From Octopus sinensis (Eukaryota), in contig NC_043002.1 in assembly GCF_006345805.1 (NCBI RefSeq), positions 65,968,001-66,032,000 on the forward strand: a stretch of DNA of 64,000 nucleotides, in the 5' to 3' direction. Shown here in pieces: positions 11,960-24,458 of this stretch (positions within the stretch are counted from its first letter, which is position 1; every line of letters begins with the position of its first letter). Made by a program: the position numbers and the translations under genes. Under the pieces are notes generated by a model. The model worked only from the letters and a program-made list of their open reading frames with translations, made no database searches and had not been told where the DNA came from.

Positions 11960-13212
11960 CATCACCATCATCATTATTATTGGTAGAATCGTTAGCTCGC
12001 CGGGCGAAATGCGTAGCCGTATTTCGTCTGCCGTTACGTTCTGAGTTCAAATTCCGGCGAGGTCGACTTTACCTTTCATCCTTTCGGGGTCGATAAATTA
12101 AGTACCAGTTACGCACTGGGAACGATATAATCGACTTAATCCGTTTGTCTGTTCTTGTTTGTCCCCTCTGTGTTTAACCCCTTGAGGGTAGTAAAGAAAT
12201 AGAAATAGGTATTTCGTCTGCCGCTTCGTTCTGAGTTCAAATTCCGCTGAGGTCGACTTTGCCTTTCATCCTTTCGGGGTCGATAAATTAAGTACCAGTT
12301 ATGCCCTGGGGACGATATAATCGACTTAATCCGTTTGTCTGTCCTTGTTTGTCCTCTCTGTGTTTAGCCCCTTGTGGGTAGTAAAGAAATAGGTATTTCT
12401 CACATCGCTTCGATCTGAGTTCAAATTCCGGCGAGGTCGACTTTGCCTTTCATCCTTTCGGGGTTGGTAAAGTAAGTACCAGTTGCGTACTGGGATTGAT
12501 CTAATTGACTGGCCCCCTCTCTCAAAATTTCGTGAATTATGCCTAAAGTAGAAATTATTATTATTATATTATTATTATTATTATTATTATTATTATCATC
12601 ACCATCATCATTATTATTGGTAGAATCGTTAGCTCGCCGGGCGAAATGCGTAGCCGTATTTCGTCTGCCGTTACGTTCTGAGTTCAAATTCCGGCGAGGT
12701 CGACTTTACCTTTCATCCTTTCGGGGTCGATAAATTAAGTACCAGTTACGCACTGGGAACGATATAATCGACTTAATCCGTTTGTCTGTTCTTGTTTGTC
12801 CCCTCTGTGTTTAACCCCTTGAGGGTAGTAAAGAAATAGAAATAGGTATTTCGTCTGCCGCTTCGTTCTGAGTTCAAATTCCGCTGAGGTCGACTTTGCC
12901 TTTCATCCTTTCGGGGTCGATAAATTAAGTACCAGTTATGCCCTGGGGACGATATAATCGACTTAATCCGTTTGTCTGTCCTTGTTTGTCCTCTCTGTGT
13001 TTAGCCCCTTGTGGGTAGTAAAGAAATAGGTATTTCTCACATCGCTTCGATCTGAGTTCAAATTCCGGCGAGGTCGACTTTGCCTTTCATCCTTTCGGGG
13101 TTGGTAAAGTAAGTACCAGTTGCGTACTGGGATTGATCTAATTGACTGGCCCCCTCTCTCAAAATTTCGTGAATTATGCCTAAAGTAGAAATTATTATTA
13201 TTATTATTATTA

Positions 13213-13230
<18 letters not shown>
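11950..13230 (+). repeat. 637-bp direct tandem duplication of a SINE-A multimer
   Basis: TGGTAGAATC at 11981 and 12618. Both copies share private variants (ATTCCGGCGA, GGGAACGAT, TTTCTCACATCGCTTCGATC). Confidence 0.9.
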
Positions 13231-13261
<31 letters not shown>

Positions 13262-13262
<1 letters not shown>

Positions 13263-13974
13263 GAGATAAACTTTACAGGCACGGAAGTGCCGGCAGCCGA
13301 GCATGTCCCAGATGCACGCAGGATGGCGTGACGGTCCTGGTGGCACTTGTCCAGTGCCCGAGTGTTCCTGACCTGTGGGTTTATGTTAGACACTTTGTAT
13401 TGCGTGTGGGACGGATCTGGCTGTCAACTGAATCCGTCGTAAAGATCACTCCGTCGCCTTCCTTTAACCGATGAGGAAAGGCGATGTTTATATGCTTGGT
13501 GGCCATGGCGAGGGTGTACGGTGGTCGAGATTGAACGGGCTGAAGACATACACTTTTTTCTTTTTGGCCAATCTCTGACGAACTTCTTCAAGTTTCACTT
13601 GAAAAGGAAAATAAGGGTAGAGAGATAAGTGTTACCTTCTAGCCAGTTTGCTGAAAGGTGTGAGTGAATAGGCCTGCCCTGAGTATACGTCTATAGTTGG
13701 AAAAAAGGAAAGAAAAAAGGCATCTGCCCCAAGTCAGAGTACCCAAGGTTTTTTTTTATGGGGTTTTTACATGAGCAGCCTTTGAACGTCTCCCCCCTAC
13801 TGAGGAAAACACACTGCTGATTTTTTGTTTCTTTTTTTTTGTTATTTTGTTAGTCTTGTTTACACGCAAAACTCTCACAACACACACTCACACACATACA
13901 CGCACGCATTCTGTTTTGTCCTGTACTGTCCACAATGTTTTTCTTAATGTAAACCCATGTGGTTAATAAAGAAA

Positions 13975-13980
<6 letters not shown>
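13262..13980 (+). mobile_element. 5'-truncated Tx1/L1-clade LINE with 3' UTR and (ATT)n tail
   Basis: RDKLYRHG..ACPRCTQD..TVLVALVQCPSVPDLW..RVGRIWLSTESVVKITPSPSF..FFKFHLKRKIRVER; ends CCCATGTGGTTAATAAAGAAAT(CATT)(ATT)n. Confidence 0.75.
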
Positions 13981-14018
<38 letters not shown>

Positions 14019-14019
14019 G

Positions 14020-14205
14020 CACGTCGGACAAATTTGTCAGCTTTCGTCAGATTCATTACATTCTAAGTTCAAATTCCACCAAGGCTAACTTTGCCTTTCA
14101 CGCCTCCGGGGTCGATGAAATAAAGTACCTGTTAAGCGCTAAGGCCACTGTAATCGACTTACCCGCTTCCCCTAAAATTGCTGGCCTTGTGCCAAATTTA
14201 GAAAG
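14020..14205 (+). mobile_element. SINE family A (diverged)
   Basis: B box and core GCTAACTTTGCCTTTCACGCCTCCGGGGTCGATGAA. Confidence 0.7.
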
Positions 14206-14301
14206 CATCATTATCGCCTTTATTGCATTTCATTTTATTTATTCTTCTTTAATGTTACTGCTGTTGCTAATGTTGTCTCTTCCATAAATAATTCTCTTGG
14301 T

Positions 14302-14620
14302 GAAGGCGCGTGGCTTAGTGCTTAGAGTATTCCGATCACGGTCGCGAGTTCGATTCCCAGCGGTGCGTCTCTGTCCTTGAGCAAGACATTTTATTTCATA
14401 TTGCTCCAGTCCATTCACCCGGCCAAAAATTAGCAGTACCTGTATTTCAAAGGGTTGGCCTTGCCACATTCTGTGTTACGCTGAATCTCCCTGAGAACTA
14501 CGTTAAGGGTACACGTGTCTTCTGGAGTGCTCAGCCACTTGCACGTTAATGTCACGAGCAGGCTGTACCGTTGATCGGATCAGCTGGAACACTCGTCGTC
14601 GTAACCGACGGAGTACCAGT
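14302..14620 (+). mobile_element. tRNA-derived SINE family C
   Basis: GAAGGCGCGTGGCTTAGTG (A box), GAGTTCGATTCCC (B box), TGTCCTTGAGCAAGACA core. Confidence 0.8.
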
Positions 14621-15454
14621 AATAATTCCCTTCACATCTACAATGTATTATAGAAGTAGTAGACGCTGACTCAAATACTCGACTGGTGTTATTAATTAAT
14701 ATTTTTATCGGTCCTCCGATGAATAAAATTCAAAATTAACCTCAGCGGGATTTGAACTAAGAACGTAAAGGGCATGTCAAATTTAATACAGCAGGGCATG
14801 TCCAATTTGATCTCGCTTTGTCGCACACGTAGTATATGTCTTCTACCTTATCGCTGGATCGATCAAAGCCTTGTGAATGAAATTTGTGGAATCCTGTAGG
14901 AAGTGCCCTTGTCTGTCTTGTTGAGTGGTGGACAAAATTCATCATCTAGAACCATAGATACGGGAACGAAATTTACAGGGAAGGTGCAAACCCAGAACCA
15001 AAATCCTTTACAAACAAGGTCGATTTTTTCGATCTTAATATCTCAAAACAAACATAAGCAATATAATAATAATAATATATTTCTATATCAACCAAATCAG
15101 ATAATTAAAAAATAATGTTTCAAATCAATCCAAAAATTGTTTCTATGTTCGTTCGTTTTGGTGATGAAGTTCTTCAGGAGGACGTTCAAAGCATTTTCAT
15201 TGTCCCCCAAAATTTTAAGAGCTTCGCTTGCACCCACTGATCCCGTGCCTATTACAACAACCTGGAATTTCGGGGCCTTTACTGGAGTCCACTTCTTGCT
15301 TGCATTTAGGCCCAGGTTTCCAGTCTGTGGCTAAATTCTTCGGCCCTTCCTTCCTTCCTTGGACCAGTCAGGGAAACCCTGAAATGAGTTACAGACATAG
15401 CCGTTCCTTCCTCTGATCAACCTTGGTCTTGTCAATCTTCTTCACTTCGTTTAG

Positions 15455-15620
15455 CGGTATTTCGCCAGTCGCTATATTCTGAGTTCAAATTCCGCCGAGG
15501 TCGACTTTGCTTTTCATCCTTTATGGGGTCGATAAATTAAGCACCAGTTGCATACTGGTGTCAATCTAATTGACTGGCCCTCCCCAAAAATTGCACGCCT
15601 TGTACCTAGAGTAGAAAAGA
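15455..15620 (+). mobile_element. SINE family A (5'-truncated)
   Basis: B box, core and tail ...AGTAGAAAAGA. Confidence 0.75.
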
Positions 15621-16816
15621 ATCTTTTTGACTTCGTGGTCCAATGGAGATTTAATTTTTTTTTAAATAAACACTTGTGCACTTCACATAAAAAGTTTTTA
15701 AAAATTTAAAACAAAAATGTTTCAAGGTTAATATTTTATTTTTGTAAGTATCACAAGGAAAAATATTACATACCTTGTTTTATTGGTCATATTGATCTGT
15801 AACAAAATAATAAATTAAGTTTTTAAAATCCCTGATACACTGCGTGAAAACCTCTGGACTAAACCATTACACCAGGACTAATCCATTTTTTTAAAATTTA
15901 TTATGATCTATAATTTGAGGCTATTTGTAGAGGATCAAAAGGCGGCGTGGCGTGGTAGTAGAATTGTTAGAGCATCGAACAAAATGGTCAGCGGCATTTT
16001 TTTTTATATTCACGTTCTGCGTTCAAATCCCACCGAAGTCATCTTGTTTCCTTTTTATCCTTTCGAGGTCACTAAAACAAAGTATCAATCATTAGCCGGG
16101 GTCAAGGTATCGACTAATCCTTTCTTCTCACAATTGCTGGTCTTGCTCCAAAATTAAAACCCATTTGTAAGAGTTCGAACAGCCACGATACCGATTCGAT
16201 TTATAGCTCGTGTAGAAAATTTCCATTTCACTTTACATCGTTTCCATGAGTTGATGATGACTGAGTTATTTGGCTGGCGGGGTCGGGGGTCGGGGGTCGG
16301 AGGTCAAGGGTAACATACAACCAACCATCAGAACAGAAATTCGTGCCTTATGAGTGACCCTTCGATGGACTCTTGGCCGAGAATGTTTAATTCTGGAAAG
16401 ACCCAGATCACCAACCTGTACGTGTTACTGTTGTTCCTGTTTTTTTTCTTTTTTTTTTTGTTCTTGATGTTGCTGCTGCTGTTTCTACTGCTGCTACTGT
16501 TGCCGCTGTTCTTAAGGTCAACTCTGAAGGAACAGTTAGGTGCCACCCGGTGGTTTATTGCTCCAGATTTTTTTTTTAATTTTCATAAGTCCCAAACAAG
16601 GTGAAGAGCCATTTAGTGAAGGAGAAATTAAGACGAAAGGAATGAATTTACTTTAAATTTGAAAGTGTTTGGGTCATAAGAAGGAGGAAAACAATGAGAT
16701 AAGAGAGAGTTTCCAAAGCCTGGTGGTTCGAGGAAGGATATACCGTAAAGTGAGCCTGACTGCATACTCCGACATGCAGTGGGTAGTGGTATGAGGTGCA
16801 GTGTTACACCGGGAAC

Positions 16817-16954
16817 ATGTCGTTCTCTCATCACTGTCTAAACTAGTTATGTAAGCCTGTCCTACTTGCAGTTGCTGCTGCTGCTGCTGTTGCTGCTGTT
16901 GCGGGCCTAAAATCAAAGGCATTCCAACCGCAAGCAATATTTTTACTTATCAAG
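16817..16954 (+). CDS. Candidate first (signal-peptide) exon of the metalloprotease gene; frame uncertain
   Basis: Hydrophobic (CTG/GCT)n run, donor AAG|GTCAGA at 16955 and acceptor TACTTGCAG at 16871. No uninterrupted ATG-initiated frame exists as assembled. Confidence 0.25.
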
Positions 16955-17021
16955 GTCAGAGATGGCGAACCATTTCAGCCAACGTGTCGAAACTTTAATT
17001 TCTGTTATAATCCTTTTATTA

Positions 17022-17135
17022 GAGTCTCACTCATCGGAGTCTCGCTCATCAGAGTCTCACTCATCAGAATCTCACTCATCGGAGTCTCACTCATCGGAGT
17101 CTCACTCATCGGAGTTTCACTCATCGGAGTCTCAC
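17022..17135. repeat. 15-bp minisatellite (GAGTCTCACTCATCG), about 7.6 copies
   Basis: Units counted directly; they generate the spurious SHSSE-repeat ORF. Confidence 0.9.
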
Positions 17136-18264
17136 TTACATGTATATTTGTATTCTAGTTTTTAGTAAAAGCTTACATATAAAACTTTATATAACATTGA
17201 TGTTGCAAGGAAGAGGCAACACCAACCACTTTCGTAGACCCTCCACCCCCGCCTTTGGGTAAAAAAAATGAACGTGGTTCACCTTGAACTTCTTTCGGTA
17301 GATCGACGCGCTTATAGAAAATAATCACGAGTAATTGACTTTTTGTCCATTTTTTTTTGTTTTGTGTAGTAGTAGTAGTAGTAGTAGTAGTAGCAGCAGC
17401 AGCAGAAAGGGGGCATGCGCTGTAACAGCGCGTGCCTGCATGTGCCATTTGTTGGTGATTCTCCATTTTCCTGATGGATGACACCTTTGCACCACTGAGG
17501 TGACAACCCTGCGACCTGTGGGTCTGTGTTTGGGAAGTCGTTGCTGATGAGGGTCTTACGAGGTCGAGTTGCCTTTTGCGACACACAAGACAAAACGTTA
17601 GGACTATTCATTTGGCATGTCGGATGCCCGTCCCCACACAGCACCCGTGTGATAATTTTCCTCTTCCTTTTTCATTTTTTTTTCCTTTTTTATCTATTTG
17701 TTGTGTGTGGTCCCCGCATGTTGCGGCGAGGGTTTTTGTAGGTTGATGCTTGTTGTGACAACGGCAACGCCATGTGCACGACATCGGATTTACCATCAAA
17801 AGATAATAAAAAGAAGCACGTGCTTAGGGTACCAAGAAAAAGGGAGACCTGCGATCTTTTGTAGGGTTTATTATTATTTGTCATTTTTTTTATTCTTTTA
17901 CTTTTTGTCATTTGATTGCGGCCATGCTGTGGCACCGCCTTGAGATATGTTGAAAATTTACATCTTTTTCCTGTTGCTCGTTATAATAATCTACTAATAT
18001 AATAGGTTTTCTCTCTCTCTCTCTCTTCTCTCATTCCCTCTCACTTTCGCTCTCTCCCTTCTCTCTCTCTCACATTCTCTCCCTCCCTCTCCCTCTGACA
18101 AGCGCGACGAAGGCGAATAGTTCCTATAATACTTTCACTTTCTCTCTCTCTCTCTACAACTTCCTCTGACATGCACATTAGAGGCAGTTAGCTCGAAAGA
18201 CACTTTCGCTATTTCTGAATTTAGTTAAAACACTCACAGATCGTTTAGTTTACCCGAATATTCT

Positions 18265-18688
18265 TTTCTTCTTTAGGCACAAGGCCCAAAATTTTGGTGG
18301 GGGGACATTCGATTATATCGACTCCAGTACGCAACTGGTACTTAATTTATCGACACCGAAAGAATGAAAAGCAAAGTCGATCTCGGCAGAATTTTAACTC
18401 AAAACAAAAAGACACGAAATACCGCTAGGCATTTCACCCGACGTGCTAACGATACTCATTTCTCTATTGCCCACATGGGGTTAAACACAGAGGGGACAAA
18501 CAAGGACAGACAAAGGGATTAAGTCGATTACATCGACTCCAGTGCGTAATTGGTACTTTAATTTATCAACCCCGAAAGGATGAAAAGCAAAGTCGACCTC
18601 GGCGGAATTTGAACTCAGAACGTAGCGGCGGACGAAATACCACAAAGCATTTCGTCCGGCGTGCTAGCGTTTCTGCCAGCTCGCCGCC
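18265..18688 (-). mobile_element. SINE family A dimer
   Basis: Reverse-complement head GCCAGCTCGCCGCC at about 18675 and two cores. Confidence 0.85.
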
Positions 18689-18937
18689 AGTTTACCTGAA
18701 TATTGAACAGAAATATATTAAGTCTAATTAGTGGTGTATAAATTCTACATTAATTATATATAATTCTTTCTGTATTTTATTTTATGTTTTTAATTATGAA
18801 ATGATTAGGAGCATATAATTCGTTTAATTATTCCATTTATGCACTGTTTTTTGCAAGTGGTGGTGGTGGTGGTCGTCGTCGTCGTCGTCGTCATCGTCGT
18901 GGTCGTGGTGGTAATGATGATGAGGATGATGATGATG

Positions 18938-18971
<34 letters not shown>

Positions 18972-19919
18972 ACGTTGTTATATATTTAATCTTATTTTAG
19001 CCCTCATTTCAAACTTAATTTCTACAACAATTATCCCAACTTCTATTCTTTTATTTTATTTTATTTTATTTTATTTTGTTCAGGCATGGTGTAGCTTGGA
19101 CAACACTTTCCAGTGTGTCCTTTTCATTTGATTCAAACCATTTTCATTCATATTTTTACAATTCTATATCTTACTTGCAACATTAAGTCGAAATACGATT
19201 TCTTGTGACCTGTTTGACATGCGCAGTATGCTTGTCACGAATTTTCGCGGGAAAATACAAAGCTGTCTCCACGTTGTCTTCTTTCTATAGCTTCTCGCAA
19301 GATGCCATTTTGTCTCTTAAATAAAAACAATTTCATCAAAACTACCTGAAAGTGTTTGGCTGTCACTCACTAACGAGCTTGTACCATGCTCTCTCTAATT
19401 GTTTTAGATAACTATGTAATCACCAGCAGACGTAGACATCATCTCGACCCTTTCCAATCAGAACGCCACTATGTGGTTGATCGACCTGCTAGAAATAGCA
19501 ACCTTTCTGTTATGCATTCTTCCTTGATCTGCTCAAGGTAGCAGCTGAAAAAAAGAATGCGTTGGATAATATGGTCGTGGGTCCCTTTGACATGGGAAAA
19601 AAATGGAATGGTCACGTTGGATCATAAGCCTACTCAGTCAGGGTTGAACTTATAAAGTGGATCTAAGCAACAACGAAACGACAACGTTTATAGTTTCTCA
19701 ATAATAAGTTGAATTCAGCATGCAAAGTTCTGGGACTATTGTAGCAAGGCATACGGTTCGGTGTTCTTGCCGCTCAACTAGTCTTCACTGCCTTGGATTG
19801 TTAATTTTATTTATGGACCTAGGAAGGATGAAAGACGAAGCGGACTTCGGTGGGAGTTGAACTCAGGGCAGGGAGATAGTGAACAAATAGCGAGAAGCAT
19901 TCTGTTCAGTGTTCATACA

Positions 19920-19948
19920 CACTGCTAATTCCACACACAACACACACC

Positions 19949-19989
<41 letters not shown>

Positions 19990-20520
19990 CATACACACAC
20001 ACATATGTAGATAGATAGATAGATGGAGAGATTGATACACAGATACATACATACAAATATGCATACATACACACACACACACATACATATATATACATAC
20101 ATACATATATATTAAATACATACATATATATATATACACACACAACACACACACACACAACACACACCCTGCACACACACACACACATATGTAGATAGAT
20201 AGATAGATGGAGAGATTGATACACAGATACATACATACAAATATGCATACATACACACACACACACATACATATATACATATATATACATACATACATAT
20301 ATATTTAAATACATACATATATATATATACACACCACACACACACATATATATATATATATGTATGTGCATGCATACATAAATATATATATATGCATGCA
20401 TACATAAATATATATATATATGCATGCATACATAAATGCATGCATTCATGCACACATTACATACACGCATACATACATACATACATACATACATACATAC
20501 ATACATACATACATACATAG
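19920..20520. repeat. Compound microsatellite (CA/TA/TACA/TAGA) with an internal ~183-bp duplication
   Basis: CATATGTAGATAGATAGATAGATGGAGAGATTGATACACAG occurs at about 20002 and about 20185. Confidence 0.85.
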
Positions 20521-21147
20521 AAGCAAGCACGCACACGATCTCACATACGAGTACACACCCACGTACACACATAGGCATGTGTTTATGTATCAAACCACGT
20601 ACGTACACACACACATGCACACACACACGTCAATCGGTGTATCCATCACATGGCAGACTTCCTCCACTAATCCTACTCCCCCACCTCTCCTTCATTACAA
20701 CCCTTACAACCGCTACTCCTACTTCCTCCCTTACTCCTACTACCGTAGTTATGTTGGTCACATCCGACAGACACAACTTGCGAAGAATTAGGTTTCCAAG
20801 TTGGTTGCCAGCCACGAGGCCCGCTAATCACGTGTCTATTAGTTTAATCCAGTGATGGAAGCGAATTTTAGGAACAAACGGAATCAAGGTCCGTGAGGCT
20901 GGAGTTAAGGAGGAGAGCTGGGTTCGACGCTACAACAGTTAGTCTTCCTTCTCCTGCACCTGCTCCTCATGAACTGAAAAGTAGGGGAACACTGTCAGTC
21001 TGCAGCCCACCCTAGATATGGTATCGCAGGTTTTATCTGGCCTTCATCTAACCTCACGCTCATTATCACTACACACACACATACGCACATCAACACGCAC
21101 ACAAACATATGCGCACGTACATACACGCACAATTTAAAAGTCTAGTG

Positions 21148-21545
21148 AGGCAGCGAGCTGGCAGAAGCGTTAGCACGCCGGGCGAAATGCTCAGCGGTAT
21201 TTCGTCTGCGTTACGTTGTGAGTTCAAATTCCGCCGAGGTCGACTTTGCCTTTCATCCCTTCGGGGTCGATAAATTAAGTACCAGTTACGCACTGGGGTC
21301 GATGTAATCGACTTAATACCTATGTCTGTCCTTGTTTGTCCCCTCTGTGTTTAGCCCCTTGTGGGTAATAAAGAAATAGGTATTTCGCACGTCGCTACGT
21401 TCTGAGTTCAAATTCCATCGAGGTTGAATTTGCCTTTCTTTCCTTCGGGATCGATAAATTAAGTACCAGTTGTGTACTGGGGTAGATCTAATCGACTGGC
21501 CCCCTCCCTAAAAATTTCGGGCTTTGTGCCTGGAGTAGAAAAGAA
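21148..21545 (+). mobile_element. SINE family A dimer
   Basis: Head GAGGCAGCGAGCTGGCAGAAG and two cores. Confidence 0.85.
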
Positions 21546-21624
21546 TTTAAAAGTCTACTGGAAGTCACGGCCCGCTTCTTATACTACATATGTCTACTTA
21601 TATACCTTAAATAACTATACAAAT

Positions 21625-21882
21625 CGGTGGTTCTGAAACATGGCCCTTATGACATTTGGGGGTCCAGTTAAGATCTCATTGTTAAAATTTATGCGCTATA
21701 AATTGGTTGTATTTCTAACAACACAAACTATTTTAGCAATATTTTTATACAATTCCTAATAAGATTTAAATTACAAAAATAAAATGGGGATTTTTTTTAA
21801 AACATTGAATGGCTATGAGGGTCCATCCGAATAAAATATGAACCAAAGAGGGCCATCATTAAAAAATGGTTGAGAATAACTG
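21625..21882. mobile_element. hAT-Charlie-type MITE, same family as 9615
   Basis: Degenerate TIRs CGGTGGTTCTGAA / TTGAGAATAACTG; shared internal AACATTGAATG(C/G)CTATGAGGG. Confidence 0.65.
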
Positions 21883-21922
21883 GTTGTGGTGACCCGGAGC
21901 ACTGGATACAGCAATTTCATCA

Positions 21923-21972
<50 letters not shown>

Positions 21973-21974
21973 AA

Positions 21975-22165
21975 AAAGGCGGTCTCCTGGGTGAAATGCG
22001 TTCGCCCGTCGCTGTGTTCTGAGTTCAAATTCCGCCGAGGTCCACTTTGCCTTTCATCCTTTCAGGATCGATAAATTAAGTACCAGTTGTTTACTGGGGG
22101 TCAATGTAATCAACTTAACTCCTCCCACAAAATTTCAGGCCTTGTGTCTATAACAGAAAAGATTA
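21975..22165 (+). mobile_element. SINE family A
   Basis: B box and core. Confidence 0.75.
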
Positions 22166-22227
22166 TGAATAAAAACATATCTGTGTAGAAATAAGCAAAC
22201 ACTCTCTCTTTCTCTCTCCCTCTCTCT

Positions 22228-22270
<43 letters not shown>

Positions 22271-22293
22271 CGCGCGCATATGTATATAAATGC

Positions 22294-22368
<75 letters not shown>

Positions 22369-22476
22369 TATATATATAACGGGAAGCTTTATGAAAATAA
22401 ACAAAAGACGAAGGCAGGTGGAAAACAAACGAACAATTGTATTAGTATGGCGCTCAGGAAATATAAATAAAACAAG

Positions 22477-22514
22477 TCTTTAACGTTTCGAGCCTACGCT
22501 CTTCAACAGAAAGA
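22477..22514 (-). ncRNA. Minimal type-I hammerhead-like motif (A6U variant) in a Penelope-type short repeat
   Basis: Minus strand reads TCTTT-CTGTTGA-A-GAGC(GTAG)GCTC-GAA-ACGT-T-AAAGA. A truncated family member lies at about 33645-33770. Confidence 0.55.
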
Positions 22515-23258
22515 TACACAGAGAGAGAAAAACACAGAAAGAGGAGAGAAAAAAAATGCGTGCAGTAGCTAACGAATATATATTCTTTTATTCTTTTACT
22601 TGTTTCAGTCATTTGACTGCGGCCATGCTGAAGCACCGCCTTTAGTCGAGCATATCTAGGGTCACATTATGGTACATGTCCCCTTCCTATTTTCCTGACA
22701 TTAGCATGTAATTTTGAGGCGAGATTTGATTGGGTGTTATTTCTAGCCGGTCGAAATAACACATAGCGATTACTTCGTTGGCTCGATTCATGTGGGTAGG
22801 GATTGCCTATTTACACATATACATGCATATGTGCATGGTGTGTGTGTGTGTGTGTTTGTTTGTTTGTATGCACTGCACATAAACAGGCATGTATGTATAC
22901 ATACCTATATATATATATATATATATTATTTTTATGAGCGCCTATCAAATATGTGCACATTAGTTTCTACATGTGTGCAATTTGAACATGTGGCCAAATA
23001 CATTTGTGTGTCAATGTTTTGTATTTCTGTGTGTTTAGTTGATAACTAGTCTCATACATACTCCACAGGGTACTTCATAATTAGTCTTAGCGAGGTATTT
23101 TTCACCAAAAGTGCTCAACGAATGTTTACATAAATTATGGGGTTATGACATTAAGTCTGAAAGAATAAACGAAAAGAATAAACTTCTGAATAAGCGATGT
23201 AAAGAAAACATGCGTGAATACACCTCGTGGCGTGTGTATGTATGTGTATGTGTGTGTG

Positions 23259-23307
<49 letters not shown>

Positions 23308-23799
23308 TTCATAGCAAAGTACGAGTGTTTATGTTTGAATTATTCCTATCTGGGAAGAGCTGGTTTCTAAGAAAGAACCAAAGCTCAGTCACCGAAACTT
23401 GGGATAACAACACCTATGAATATTGTTCTTATTCAAGTTGTTTTTTAATGGAATTTAATCCGGTCGCTAACAAAGTGACAAGGCTTTTTAAGTTAAGACA
23501 GTTCCCGGGTTTTGTAAATAGATGTCTGAGTTAGTGTGAGAATATTTGTGGGTGTATGCACCTGCACCTTTATTCTGTGTGAATATATCCCTTTAGTACT
23601 TAGGTGTTTGTGCTTATGAGGTGGTGGTGGTGGTGGTGGTGGTCAGGTGGAAGGTTGTATGTATAAATTCATTGAAAGAATCTCAGATGGAGAATTCTTG
23701 GAATGTCTTCCAATTATTTCTGTCCACAAATACTCTGCATTTGGAAGATTCATGTCACTTACGTTTGCTTTTCCAATGAAAACCCTAGCATCCTACTGC

Positions 23800-23913
23800 G
23801 TGGCACCTTGGGCAGGTGTGCTCTATTATAGCCACGGGCCGACCAAAGCCTTATGAGTGGATTTGTTAGACGGAAACTGGAAGAAGCCCGACATATATAT
23901 ACACACACAAACA

Positions 23914-24004
<91 letters not shown>

Positions 24005-24165
24005 GTGCGTTCTCCACCACCGCTTGATAACCGATGTTGGTGTGTTTACGTCACCGTAACTTAACGGTTCGACTATAGATAGCGATAAATAAAGAAATGT
24101 ACTGGTTTCGATTCATTTCACAAAATATTCTTCAAGTCGCTGCCCCAGCATGGTCACAGTCTAAT
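23800..24165 (+). mobile_element. SINE family B (CORE-like) with internal (GT)n
   Basis: GTGGCACCTTGGGCA..CTATTATAGCC..GACGGAAACTG..GGTGTGTTTACGTC..CAGCATGG. Confidence 0.8.
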
Positions 24166-24458
24166 AACAGAAACAAGTAAAAGATAAAAGATTTCTAGGT
24201 TTTTGTGCGAATCCGTTGTTACATAGTCCGACGCACCGATGATAAGAGATACAAACGAGAATTTACAGATAGAATGGAAGGGTTGTATGTTCTGTATTAG
24301 TTCACCGTAAATGTCTTTTTCCTGAACTCTGGATGATACTTTCAAACCGACCGGACAACAATGCATAACTTATGTTCCTTGCCCTTAACGCGTGTTTATC
24401 ATTGTTTGTACAGAGATGCATATGTGTGTATGTGTAAGTATGTGTATGTGTGTGTGAG

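Noticed and set aside
11980-13190. Regularly recurring ~40-bp motif resembling a CRISPR repeat array
   Set aside because: The units are SINE cores with homologous, not unique, spacers. The context is eukaryotic and there are no cas genes.
16962-17165. ORF with SHSSE repeats
   Set aside because: It is produced by the 15-bp minisatellite and starts immediately after a candidate splice donor.
20420-21060. Tyr/Pro-rich and Thr-rich ORFs (YNPYNRYSYFLPYSYY)
   Set aside because: They start in a microsatellite, have multiple stops downstream, and show no splice sites or recognisable domain.
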